IMG/VR virus record: IMGVR_UViG_3300045988_165611 | Coordinates: 1-48,115 of that record | Reading direction: 5' to 3' (one strand) | Length of the DNA stretch: 48,115 nucleotides | Source of the DNA: a virus | In this document: positions 35,424-42,143 of the stretch, piece by piece | Layout: each line of letters starts with the position of its first letter | How positions within the stretch are numbered: position 1 is the first letter of the stretch | Program-made: the position numbers and the translations under genes | The notes under the pieces: generated by a model | What the model was told of the DNA's origin: nothing | The model's database searches: none | Seen by the model: only the letters and a program-made list of their open reading frames with translations

Positions 35424-36665
35424 TTAATTCTCAATCGCTTCGAAATCAGCGGAACTTGCCGCCGTAATCGCCGGCCGTTTATCTGACTCCTCTACGACTG
35501 AGGGCTTACCCTCGGACTGCGTAACGCAGTCACGGATTTTTTGCTGCTGTTGGGTACCCAGCAGTTTCGGATTGGCCTTTAAGGCCGCTTCGAATTTGGT
35601 CGGAGAGATGAGCTTGAAGTCGTACATTTCCTCACGCTTCAAACGCATGCTCTTCATGAGTTTTTCCACCTGGGCATCGTCTGCCCACTTGCGCGGTCCC
35701 TTGCGCCCGGCGACTAGCTTGTAGCCGGGAATCTTCTCCCCCTGACCGAGGCGCGCCGTGACGGACTCTCGGACCATCTTGGTAAAGGTCTCCAGAGCAG
35801 GCAGGAGGCTGTAGGCCTTAGCGAGTTTCTCCGGATCGTCCGGCACGCGAATGACCTGCACGGCTTCGGGCTTCGGTTCGTCCGCTTTGTAGTCCACAAG
35901 TGCAGCCGAGGCCGCTTGTTCAGCTAACATCGGGCACTTGGCTTTGCCACGGCACCACCGACAAACGGACTCGTTACAGCAGTAGTCGTCCGGCCCGACC
36001 GTCGGCTTCTCCTTTTCGTTGTAAAAGCGGATTGCCTTCTCAGCACGAGGCCGCACATTTGCCTTAAACGCCTCCAATTGCTCTGGCGTCAGCTCCCACT
36101 GGTTCACACCGCCGGCACGCGGCTGCACGATGGCCAAATGCACGTGCTCGATATCGTCGTAAAGCAGCGAGACCTCATCCCAGAGCGCGGCCGCATAGAT
36201 TGAAAGCTGCTCGTTTCGTTCAGCTGACACGGGCACGCCGGCGCCGTACTTAAGGTCAATCACCCACATGTGGCCGGGGTAGGCTAAAAGGCAGTCAATC
36301 GTGCCCTTTGCACCTTCCTCGGACGTAACCGGCGAAACGTCGACCGGATGCTCGAACGCGATATAAGCACATTCGTCCGCCTTCTTTGCCTCGGCAATTC
36401 GTTCAGCTACGAAGCGCACGTACTCGCCGACGTACTCACCCATTTCCCGGCCGCACTCCTCCGAGAAACGGATATCTTCCGGCATGCAAGGCGCATCCTC
36501 GAACATTTGCCGAAGCGTTCGTTCAGCTAGGGAATGCGCCTTTGTGCCTTCCTCGGCATAGGGTGAGGACGGATTGGGAACGCCCTTTTCAAGCCATGCT
36601 GAGGCCGGGCAACACGCCCAGGTGTGGGCGTGGCTCGGACTTAATATTGCGTGTTTACCCGGCAT
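35424..36665 (-). CDS. PD-(D/E)XK (Cas4/RecB-like, DUF2800-type) exonuclease with Fe-S cysteine cluster
   Basis: GTIDCLL...VIDLKYG is a D...D-x-K core. Has an N-terminal Cys pair (WACCPAS) and a C-terminal CRWCRGKAKC. Confidence 0.75.
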   Translation of the reverse strand: MPGKHAILSPSHAHTWACCPASAWLEKGVPNPSSPYAEEGTKAHSLAERTLRQMFEDAPCMPEDIRFSEECGREMGEYVGEYVRFVAERIAEAKKADECAYIAFEHPVDVSPVTSEEGAKGTIDCLLAYPGHMWVIDLKYGAGVPVSAERNEQLSIYAAALWDEVSLLYDDIEHVHLAIVQPRAGGVNQWELTPEQLEAFKANVRPRAEKAIRFYNEKEKPTVGPDDYCCNESVCRWCRGKAKCPMLAEQAASAALVDYKADEPKPEAVQVIRVPDDPEKLAKAYSLLPALETFTKMVRESVTARLGQGEKIPGYKLVAGRKGPRKWADDAQVEKLMKSMRLKREEMYDFKLISPTKFEAALKANPKLLGTQQQQKIRDCVTQSEGKPSVVEESDKRPAITAASSADFEAIEN

Positions 36666-36668
36666 TGA

Positions 36669-37208
36669 TCAGGCCTCCTGTAGCGCCTTATCGGCATTAG
36701 CACAGAAAATCTGAATTTGGCCGGCCGTTAGGGCGGATAGTTTTTTCACGCCCACCGAGTCCAAAAGGCCCCGGAGCGCATCGGCGCCGCGGTTCTTTAA
36801 AAGCGCGGTCGCTTTGCTGCGGGCATCGGCCAAGGAAAACGCCTTCGGCTTTTCTTCCGAAATTTTTCCCGCGGCCGCTTGTTCAGCTACGGGCGCGGTT
36901 TCGGGTTCGGCCTTTTGCGGCGTTTCGGCGGCTTTGGCAGGCGCTTCGAAAAGCGGATCGCTCGGGTCCTCGCCCGGTTTGCACGGGATTCCGTCTTTTT
37001 CCACATCCTCACAGCCGCCGGCCTCCCCTTTCTGGGCGGTTCCGCGGACTTCGTCGCGTTCGCGCTCTGCGGGCGAGCGGTCCGACCGGTCAAACCGTTC
37101 GGCATTCGCCGCGCCTCGGACGGCCATCGCCGCAGCCAGTTTCTCAAGTGCCCCGGCGTGCGCTTGCAGCGCACCGGCTAGGGATTCGATAGAGCTTTCA
37201 AGACTCAT
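36669..37208 (-). CDS. Hypothetical early protein (179 aa, A/E/P-rich)
   Basis: ORF in the operon, with a coupling junction to the nuclease gene. Confidence 0.5.
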   Translation of the reverse strand: MSLESSIESLAGALQAHAGALEKLAAAMAVRGAANAERFDRSDRSPAERERDEVRGTAQKGEAGGCEDVEKDGIPCKPGEDPSDPLFEAPAKAAETPQKAEPETAPVAEQAAAGKISEEKPKAFSLADARSKATALLKNRGADALRGLLDSVGVKKLSALTAGQIQIFCANADKALQEA

Positions 37209-37229
37209 GTAAAAACCTCCTTTTTCGGT

Positions 37230-37292
37230 TACTTTTAAAAGGCCGCCGATCGCACCGACGGACTTTTAAAAGTGCCCCCGGAGCCCGGGGGC
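37230..37292 (-). terminator. Two tandem hairpin + CUUUUAAAAG elements (terminator-like) inside the early leftward operon
   Basis: On the minus strand, GCCCCCGG-gcu-CCGGGGGC is followed by ACUUUUAAAAG, then CCGUCGG-ugcga-UCGGCGG is followed by CCUUUUAAAAG. Confidence 0.55.
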
Positions 37293-37299
37293 GCAGCGT

Positions 37300-37626
37300 C
37301 TATTTGAACGAGAGCCTCGAAAAAAGCGCCTCGCAAAAAGCCTTTTCCTCAAAGCGAATAAACGCGCCGACTCGCCCGCCGCGGGGCGCGTCGTTTCCCA
37401 GCTCATAGGCGACGCCCAGGGCGTCTAAAAGCCGCATCGCGTCATCGTGTAGTGCCGTAGACAGACGCGCAAACCGGCCGCGGCCGCGGGATTCAATCCC
37501 GTGCAATTTCCGCAGCATGGATGTAAAGTCATGATTGCAGCCGGCCACGGGTGCATACACCAGGGCATACGCCACTTTCTTACCCCACTTAGTCAGGGCC
37601 CCGCCGTTTTTAAAAAGTTTTGCCAT
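37300..37626 (-). CDS. Hypothetical early protein (108 aa)
   Basis: The ATG at 37626 (MAKLFKNGG) has an SD (GGAGAAAC). The upstream extension in the track overlaps a micro-ORF. Confidence 0.5.
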   Translation of the reverse strand: MAKLFKNGGALTKWGKKVAYALVYAPVAGCNHDFTSMLRKLHGIESRGRGRFARLSTALHDDAMRLLDALGVAYELGNDAPRGGRVGAFIRFEEKAFCEALFSRLSFK

Positions 37627-37643
37627 TTTTTGTTTCTCCGTAT

Positions 37644-37751
37644 TTAAAAAAGATTGATGATCCCCTCGACCGCGAGCACCTCTAAAAGGACGCTTACGGC
37701 GAGCACGGCGATAAAACCGAGGATCCAAGAGGGGGGGAGGCCGTCATTCAT
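37644..37751 (-). CDS. 35-aa membrane peptide (not in ORF track)
   Basis: MNDGLPPSWILGFIAVLAVSVLLEVLAVEGIINLF, with an ATGAATGA overlap with the upstream stop. Confidence 0.4.
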   Translation of the reverse strand: MNDGLPPSWILGFIAVLAVSVLLEVLAVEGIINLF

Positions 37752-38044
37752 AGCCGCGACCACATAACGCAGCGCCCATCGCACACAAGCCAGATCTCGG
37801 AGGCGAGCGCCGCATCAAATTCAACTCGGTAGCCACACGGCGAGCAGTTGCGATCGGTTATGACCTCTTCCAAGGCTTCCGGAAAGGCCTTTGAGTACTC
37901 GCTACTCATCGAGGCCACCACATACCAGCGGCGATTTTTTAAATCGATGCCGGTTTTCTTTTCAAAAACCGTGATTGCCCGGAGGATGTTTCGTTTCGCC
38001 GGGCTTGCCGGGATTTGAGAAATATGCGAGACATCAAGCAGCAT
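37748..38044 (-). CDS. Hypothetical early protein (98 aa)
   Basis: ORF in the operon, with the junction GGCCTGATCATG. Confidence 0.5.
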   Translation of the reverse strand: MLLDVSHISQIPASPAKRNILRAITVFEKKTGIDLKNRRWYVVASMSSEYSKAFPEALEEVITDRNCSPCGYRVEFDAALASEIWLVCDGRCVMWSRL

Positions 38045-38046
38045 GA

Positions 38047-38445
38047 TCAGGCCCCCTTTTTCTGCTGTTCGATTGCGGACCAGGCAGAGGATTGCAGCGC
38101 CGCACCGAGGCGATTAAGCACCTCGGAAACCGTCCAATAAATCGCCAGGTTGTGATATCTGGCTTCGGCCTTGATTGCCGCGTCGCCGTCCCAGTCGCCG
38201 CGGTCCGGGTCAGCCTGAAAGCCGATCTCATCGTCACCGTCAGTTAAGACTGCATCGATGTAGCTTTCGGCGAGGCTTTTAGTTTCTGTATCAGATAGAT
38301 AAACACAGATGCTGCGATACACGCCGAAAGGCTCGCCGGCGCAGCGGTCCAGAGGCTCCCAGGCTCCGGCGTCTGTGCTTTCGCTTACGGTAACGCGCAG
38401 CGAGGTGCGCGGAACCTGAAGGGCGCATGTGAAATCGCTGCTCAT
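38047..38445 (-). CDS. Strongly acidic early protein (132 aa)
   Basis: D/E clearly outnumber K/R (for example TDGDDEIGFQADPDRGDWDGD). Lies at the promoter-proximal end of the early operon. Confidence 0.55.
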   Translation of the reverse strand: MSSDFTCALQVPRTSLRVTVSESTDAGAWEPLDRCAGEPFGVYRSICVYLSDTETKSLAESYIDAVLTDGDDEIGFQADPDRGDWDGDAAIKAEARYHNLAIYWTVSEVLNRLGAALQSSAWSAIEQQKKGA

Positions 38446-38447
38446 GA

Positions 38448-38837
38448 TCAGGCCTCCGCGTAGTCTCGGATGAGCTGGGCGATGTCAGCACCGGCACCGG
38501 CATCCGTATCGATATCGACGGTTACGCTTTTACCGGCCCAGTTATAGCTAAAGGTAAGCTGCGCGCGATAGCTGTCATAGGTAAAAGAGGCGGTAGGCCC
38601 GCCAAGGGCTACCGTCGCCTCCGCCCAGTACTCGCCGGAAGCGGCGTTCCGATACACCTGGAAGTCGAGCCAGCTCTCAGCGTCCGGGCTTTCGAGATAT
38701 CCGGCCAGTGCTTCGGCCGCATCGGCCTGAAACTCCGGGCTAAGCAAAGCGCTGCTATTGAAATAGGCGTTACCTAGATAGGCATTGCATTCTGTTTTAG
38801 CAAATGCCTCGAAAAATTTTTGAGTGTTGTTTGTCAT
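38448..38837 (-). CDS. Strongly acidic early protein (129 aa)
   Basis: D/E-rich (SPDAESWLDF, VDIDTDAGAGAD). First sizeable gene of the early leftward operon. Confidence 0.55.
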   Translation of the reverse strand: MTNNTQKFFEAFAKTECNAYLGNAYFNSSALLSPEFQADAAEALAGYLESPDAESWLDFQVYRNAASGEYWAEATVALGGPTASFTYDSYRAQLTFSYNWAGKSVTVDIDTDAGAGADIAQLIRDYAEA

Positions 38838-38866
38838 TTTTTAGATCTCCGTATTTAAAAAAGTTG

Positions 38867-38968
38867 TTAGAGTGAGCCCACAGCCACCACCAGGGCGAGG
38901 GCGGTCACTACAAAGGCAAAGCCGGCCAGAGCGGCACCGGCTATAAAGAGGTAATCGCGGAATGTCAT
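38867..38968 (-). CDS. 33-aa hydrophobic peptide (not in ORF track)
   Basis: MTFRDYLFIAGAALAGFAFVVTALALVVAVGSL, with SD GGAGACAA upstream. Confidence 0.4.
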   Translation of the reverse strand: MTFRDYLFIAGAALAGFAFVVTALALVVAVGSL

Positions 38969-38978
38969 TTTTGTCTCC

Positions 38979-39101
38979 TTAGATATAGAGGCAAAGAAGA
39001 CCCACGCAGCCAACCAGCTCACAGGCGAGGCCAATGAAACAAAGAGCGTTGTAAACGCGAAAGAATTTGCGATCGAAAGCGGTCGGATTGGTAATCGTCA
39101 T
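38979..39101 (-). CDS. 40-aa hydrophobic peptide
   Basis: The ATG at 39101 is preceded by GGGAGACAG and encodes MTITNPTAFDRKFFRVYNALCFIGLACELVGCVGLLCLYI. The GTG start at 39164 used by the track lies in the operator region. Confidence 0.4.
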   Translation of the reverse strand: MTITNPTAFDRKFFRVYNALCFIGLACELVGCVGLLCLYI

Positions 39102-39134
39102 TTTTTTCTGTCTCCCAAAAAGTGTTGTTAAAAA

Positions 39135-39149
39135 CATGCTTTTCTGATG
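39135..39149. promoter_or_regulatory. Operator-like motif CATGCTTTTCTGATG (leftward early promoter region)
   Basis: Same 15-mer family as 41708-41722 and 41765-41779. Followed by the inverted AAAGCAT at 39151-39157. Confidence 0.5.
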
Positions 39150-39295
39150 CAAAGCATTATACACGCATGTTTGAGAAATACTTAAAAAAGCATTGAAAAA
39201 GTTTGACCAAAATCAAAAGAACCGTAAAGAAAAAAGGTGTGCCGGTGCTTTTCCAGGGGGTGCCGCCGATGGGTGCTTGCAATCTTTTGCAGATA

Positions 39296-39323
39296 GATAA
39301 CCGTTATTATTTGAACGGTTATC
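39296..39323. repeat. Perfect 10-bp inverted repeat GATAACCGTT-N8-AACGGTTATC in an AT-rich intergenic region
   Basis: Read directly. It is flanked by TTTGCAGAT direct repeats, and ATAACCGT/AACGGTTA recur near 39456 and 39533. Confidence 0.7.
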
Positions 39324-39696
39324 ACTTTGCAGATTTTTGCAAGAAAAAACGTTAATACATTGATTTATAAGGGAAAGTGATTTGAGTGACGCTTATAAAA
39401 AGTTTAAAATGTGTGAAAAAGCATTAAAAAAGCGAGTGCTATAGGGGGTTTTAAATAACCGTCACCATCGTCACCGAATGGCATATAAGTGGCTGAATTT
39501 AAAAGGAATTTTATAAAAAGTGTGTAAAATCAACGGTTAGCAGTGATTTACATATGTGGAACTTTGCAAAGGGGCGTTTTTAGGGCTCTTCCCCTGGCTG
39601 GGTTCGTGCTTAAAAAATAGGCACACTTTACACTCGGAAAATCGGGGGGCTTTTCGGCTGCTCTTCGGTAGGCTCGCCGGCCCCGTGCCCGTGGCA

Positions 39697-39770
39697 GGCT
39701 CTCAGCGCCTCAAGGCCTCAGGCTCCCGGCTCTCATGGCTCCCGTCTCTCAGGGCCTCAGGGCCTCAGGG
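39697..39770. repeat. Degenerate tandem GGCCTCAG-type repeats (GC-rich island)
   Basis: GGCTCTCAG CGCCTCAAG GCCTCAG ... GTCTCTCAG GGCCTCAG GGCCTCAG. Confidence 0.55.
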
Positions 39771-39851
39771 TAGCCGTGTGACCGTGGCGAGAAATGTAAA
39801 GATTGCCTAAAATCTGGGCTGTATTCATCGTGTGCGAACCCTGGGGCGCTT

Positions 39852-40103
39852 ATGGCAGTCTACAAACTCAAGGCGGTGATGCTGCGCAGGGCGATCGACG
39901 CCCTGGACGCCGGTTTCAGCATCCGAGCCGTGGCCGAGGCTACGGGCATTCCGCTCAGCACGCTACACGCGGCGCAGTCCGGGAAATTGGCTTATCTTTT
40001 TGAGGGGGATGATTATGCTCGATCTTTTCGCGGTAAACCCGGCGACATCCGAGCCGGGCGCGGCCGACAAGCCGGAAACAAAACCCCCGGAGAAACTTCT
40101 TGA
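39852..40103 (+). CDS. Small HTH-like protein (83 aa)
   Basis: LRRAIDALDAGFSIRAVAEATGIPLSTLHAAQSG looks like a helix-turn-helix. First rightward gene after the regulatory region. Confidence 0.45.
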   Translation: MAVYKLKAVMLRRAIDALDAGFSIRAVAEATGIPLSTLHAAQSGKLAYLFEGDDYARSFRGKPGDIRAGRGRQAGNKTPGETS

Positions 40104-40998
40104 AAAAGCAGCGGGGGTGGGGGTACCCCCAAAAAATTTTCACGAAGCGAGGGGGAATATCGACCAAGTAGTAGACCCTCCCAAAATCCATCCTGACCCT
40201 TGCAAAAAAGCACAAGGCCTTCTTATCCCCGCCTCCCCTACTCCTGTCAAAGGCAAGTATCCGAGGGTCAGTGCGATGGTCAAACCGCCGACAGAAGAAG
40301 CGCTGCGAGAAGAAGGGGTGGTTGTGGAGGATGCAGACGATCCGAGGCGCACGGACAAGTGGCAGCCGCAGTGGCGGGCGAGGGAAAAGTCGCCGAGCAA
40401 GAAAGGCTGGCATGCGAACCTTAATGCGGTTCATTTGGTGGAATCGAAGGCGCAACTTCCGAAGCCTGACGTGATTAACTGGACGGAGTACCTGAAGGGA
40501 CGCAAGAAGTTCACTGCACTCCCGTGGGATGAGATTGAGCCGGACATTTTGAACTTTATTGCAGCAGGCGGGACAGTAGCGGCATACTGTTCGGCAAGCG
40601 GGTTGGACCGTAGCACGGTTCTAAGGCACCAATTGGTTGTGCCGGCGTTTGCAGCCTCTCTGGCAGAAGCGAGGAAAGCGGGGGCAGACGCTCTGGCGGC
40701 GGAGGCTTTGACGATTGCATCGACGCCGATGCTCACTGAGGAACGGATAACGGTCTTTGACAAGAACGACGAGGTTGTTACCCGGAGTGTGAAGGTCGCG
40801 GACAACACCTATGCGCGGAAGTTGGCATTTCAAGCGAGAATGCAGCTGTTGGAGAAATGGGCACCTGAGAAGTACGGACCGAATGCGAAGGCAGAAGTGA
40901 GCGGTGGGATGGCCGAGAAGCTACGAGCGGCGCGTGATCGGATCCGCACGAAGCTCAAGGAGGAGCGACGGGCGGCTAAGGCTGCCGATGCCTCCTGA
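40000..40998 (+). CDS. Terminase-small-subunit-like HTH protein with P/K/E-rich N-terminal extension
   Basis: The C-half ILNFIAAGGTVAAYCSASGLDRSTVLRH...EARKAGADALAAEAL...ARKLAFQARMQLLEKWAPEKYG matches the pattern of many annotated phage small terminases. The start is uncertain (an ATG at 40015 is also possible). Confidence 0.4.
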   Translation: MRGMIMLDLFAVNPATSEPGAADKPETKPPEKLLEKAAGVGVPPKNFHEARGNIDQVVDPPKIHPDPCKKAQGLLIPASPTPVKGKYPRVSAMVKPPTEEALREEGVVVEDADDPRRTDKWQPQWRAREKSPSKKGWHANLNAVHLVESKAQLPKPDVINWTEYLKGRKKFTALPWDEIEPDILNFIAAGGTVAAYCSASGLDRSTVLRHQLVVPAFAASLAEARKAGADALAAEALTIASTPMLTEERITVFDKNDEVVTRSVKVADNTYARKLAFQARMQLLEKWAPEKYGPNAKAEVSGGMAEKLRAARDRIRTKLKEERRAAKAADAS

Positions 40999-41683
40999 AG
41001 ACGGCCCACCCTTCCACGTAGGCCACGATGCGGTCCACGGGCACGCTTTGTCCTGAGGCGGTCTTGAGGGCGATACGGCCGAGGGAGACCGAGGGTGTAC
41101 CGAGCACGAGAGCCCTACCTCCGTTATCGAGCGCTACGACGCCGACAGCGGGGGCATCGGGCTCTAAGCGAGGCTTATCGGGGTAAGGCTCGACGGCGAG
41201 GTAAAGAAGGGCGCCCCGGGGCACGACAGGGGCCAAGTCATCGGTGGGCATATAAGCGGTGAGCGTCGGCTCATCGCCCTCCTCTCTTGCGACAGCGACG
41301 GCCGTCTCCCAAGCCTGCGCCCTCTTCTCATCATCAAGGAGCACGTCGGGCTCGACGTGGCACGACGGGGTTGCCGGGCAGATGGCGGCCCTGCGCTCTT
41401 CAGCTGTTGTGGGGTCAGCCTGGGCGAGGGTCCTTACGACACCGGTCTCGCCATCTACGATAGGCTGCGTGCGTAGCGCCCACGGGTCGACGTTAAGCGC
41501 CTTGGCCAACGCTCGGACGGTCGCGTCACGGGGTACGGTTTGTCCTTTCACGATGCGAGAGATTGTGGGCTGATTGACGCCTGATAGCCGAGATAGGTCA
41601 TTATGCGACAGCCCGTATCTGTCAAGAAGTGTCTTGATATTGCTAATAAAAATCGAAGTCATGTCGTATTTCTCTGTTTTCAC
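40976..41683 (-). CDS. CI-like repressor (XRE HTH + S24-like C-domain)
   Basis: N-terminus LLDRYGLSHNDLSRLSGVNQPTISRIVKG is an HTH. The C-domain is beta-rich and LexA/CI-like, but TDDLAP replaces GDSMxP. GTG start. Divergent from the cro-like gene. Confidence 0.7.
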   Translation of the reverse strand: MKTEKYDMTSIFISNIKTLLDRYGLSHNDLSRLSGVNQPTISRIVKGQTVPRDATVRALAKALNVDPWALRTQPIVDGETGVVRTLAQADPTTAEERRAAICPATPSCHVEPDVLLDDEKRAQAWETAVAVAREEGDEPTLTAYMPTDDLAPVVPRGALLYLAVEPYPDKPRLEPDAPAVGVVALDNGGRALVLGTPSVSLGRIALKTASGQSVPVDRIVAYVEGWAVFRRHRQP

Positions 41684-41707
41684 GCAATCGGCATTATATG
41701 TAGACGT

Positions 41708-41722
41708 AATGCTTTTCTCATG
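41708..41722. promoter_or_regulatory. Operator-like motif AATGCTTTTCTCATG (cI/cro intergenic)
   Basis: Repeated 57 bp downstream and again at 39135. Confidence 0.5.
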
Positions 41723-41764
41723 CTTTGAATAAAAGTTTTTGCAAGTCTTTGTTAAATACTATAC

Positions 41765-41779
41765 AATGCTTTTCTAATG
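41765..41779. promoter_or_regulatory. Operator-like motif AATGCTTTTCTAATG (cI/cro intergenic)
   Basis: Second copy in the 117-bp divergent region. Confidence 0.5.
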
Positions 41780-41800
41780 GCACTTTAATGAGGGGAAGTA

Positions 41801-41995
41801 ATGCTTAAAACAGCTAAAGAGATGGTAGCGGAGCTATATGGCTGGGGGATGTCCTGCGACCGTATTGCGAAAGAAACAAAACTTCGGCAGTCAATTATCT
41901 ATCGGATTCTGAAACAGCAAGTTAAAAGGCCTCACCTCGAAACCGAACTCAAAATCCGCAACTTGTACGACAAGTACATCGGGAAGGGCATCTAA
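41801..41995 (+). CDS. Cro-like small HTH regulator
   Basis: 64 aa, divergent from the repressor. Contains SCDRIAKETKLRQSIIYRIL. Confidence 0.55.
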   Translation: MLKTAKEMVAELYGWGMSCDRIAKETKLRQSIIYRILKQQVKRPHLETELKIRNLYDKYIGKGI

Positions 41996-42143
41996 TGGCT
42001 TTTTCCGAATATCTCCAGCAAAGCAATTGGCATCCAACGGCGGCAAGAGTATCGAGCACAGAGTTTCTCCTTCTTGTTTGAGGTAATGGCTTTGACAACA
42101 CAATTATCGCAGGCAAGAAGGAGTTCTTTTTAGGTAGCAAAAA

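Noticed and set aside
39697-39770. CRISPR-like or mini-array interpretation of the GGCCTCAG repeats
   Set aside because: The units are only about 8-10 nt, degenerate and contiguous, with no spacers. No cas genes or leader are present.
39556-39810. Track ORF (84 aa, + strand) as a real gene
   Set aside because: It has no convincing SD, a non-ATG start and an R/S/L/G-rich low-complexity product generated by the GC-rich repeat tract. It is more likely non-coding regulatory DNA.
39852-40103. Programmed frameshift joining 39852-40103 to 40000-40998 at CTTTTTG (about 39994)
   Set aside because: The downstream frame is +1 relative to the upstream one, not the usual -1. No stimulatory structure was evident, and an ordinary SD plus ATG (40000 or 40015) exists for the second ORF.
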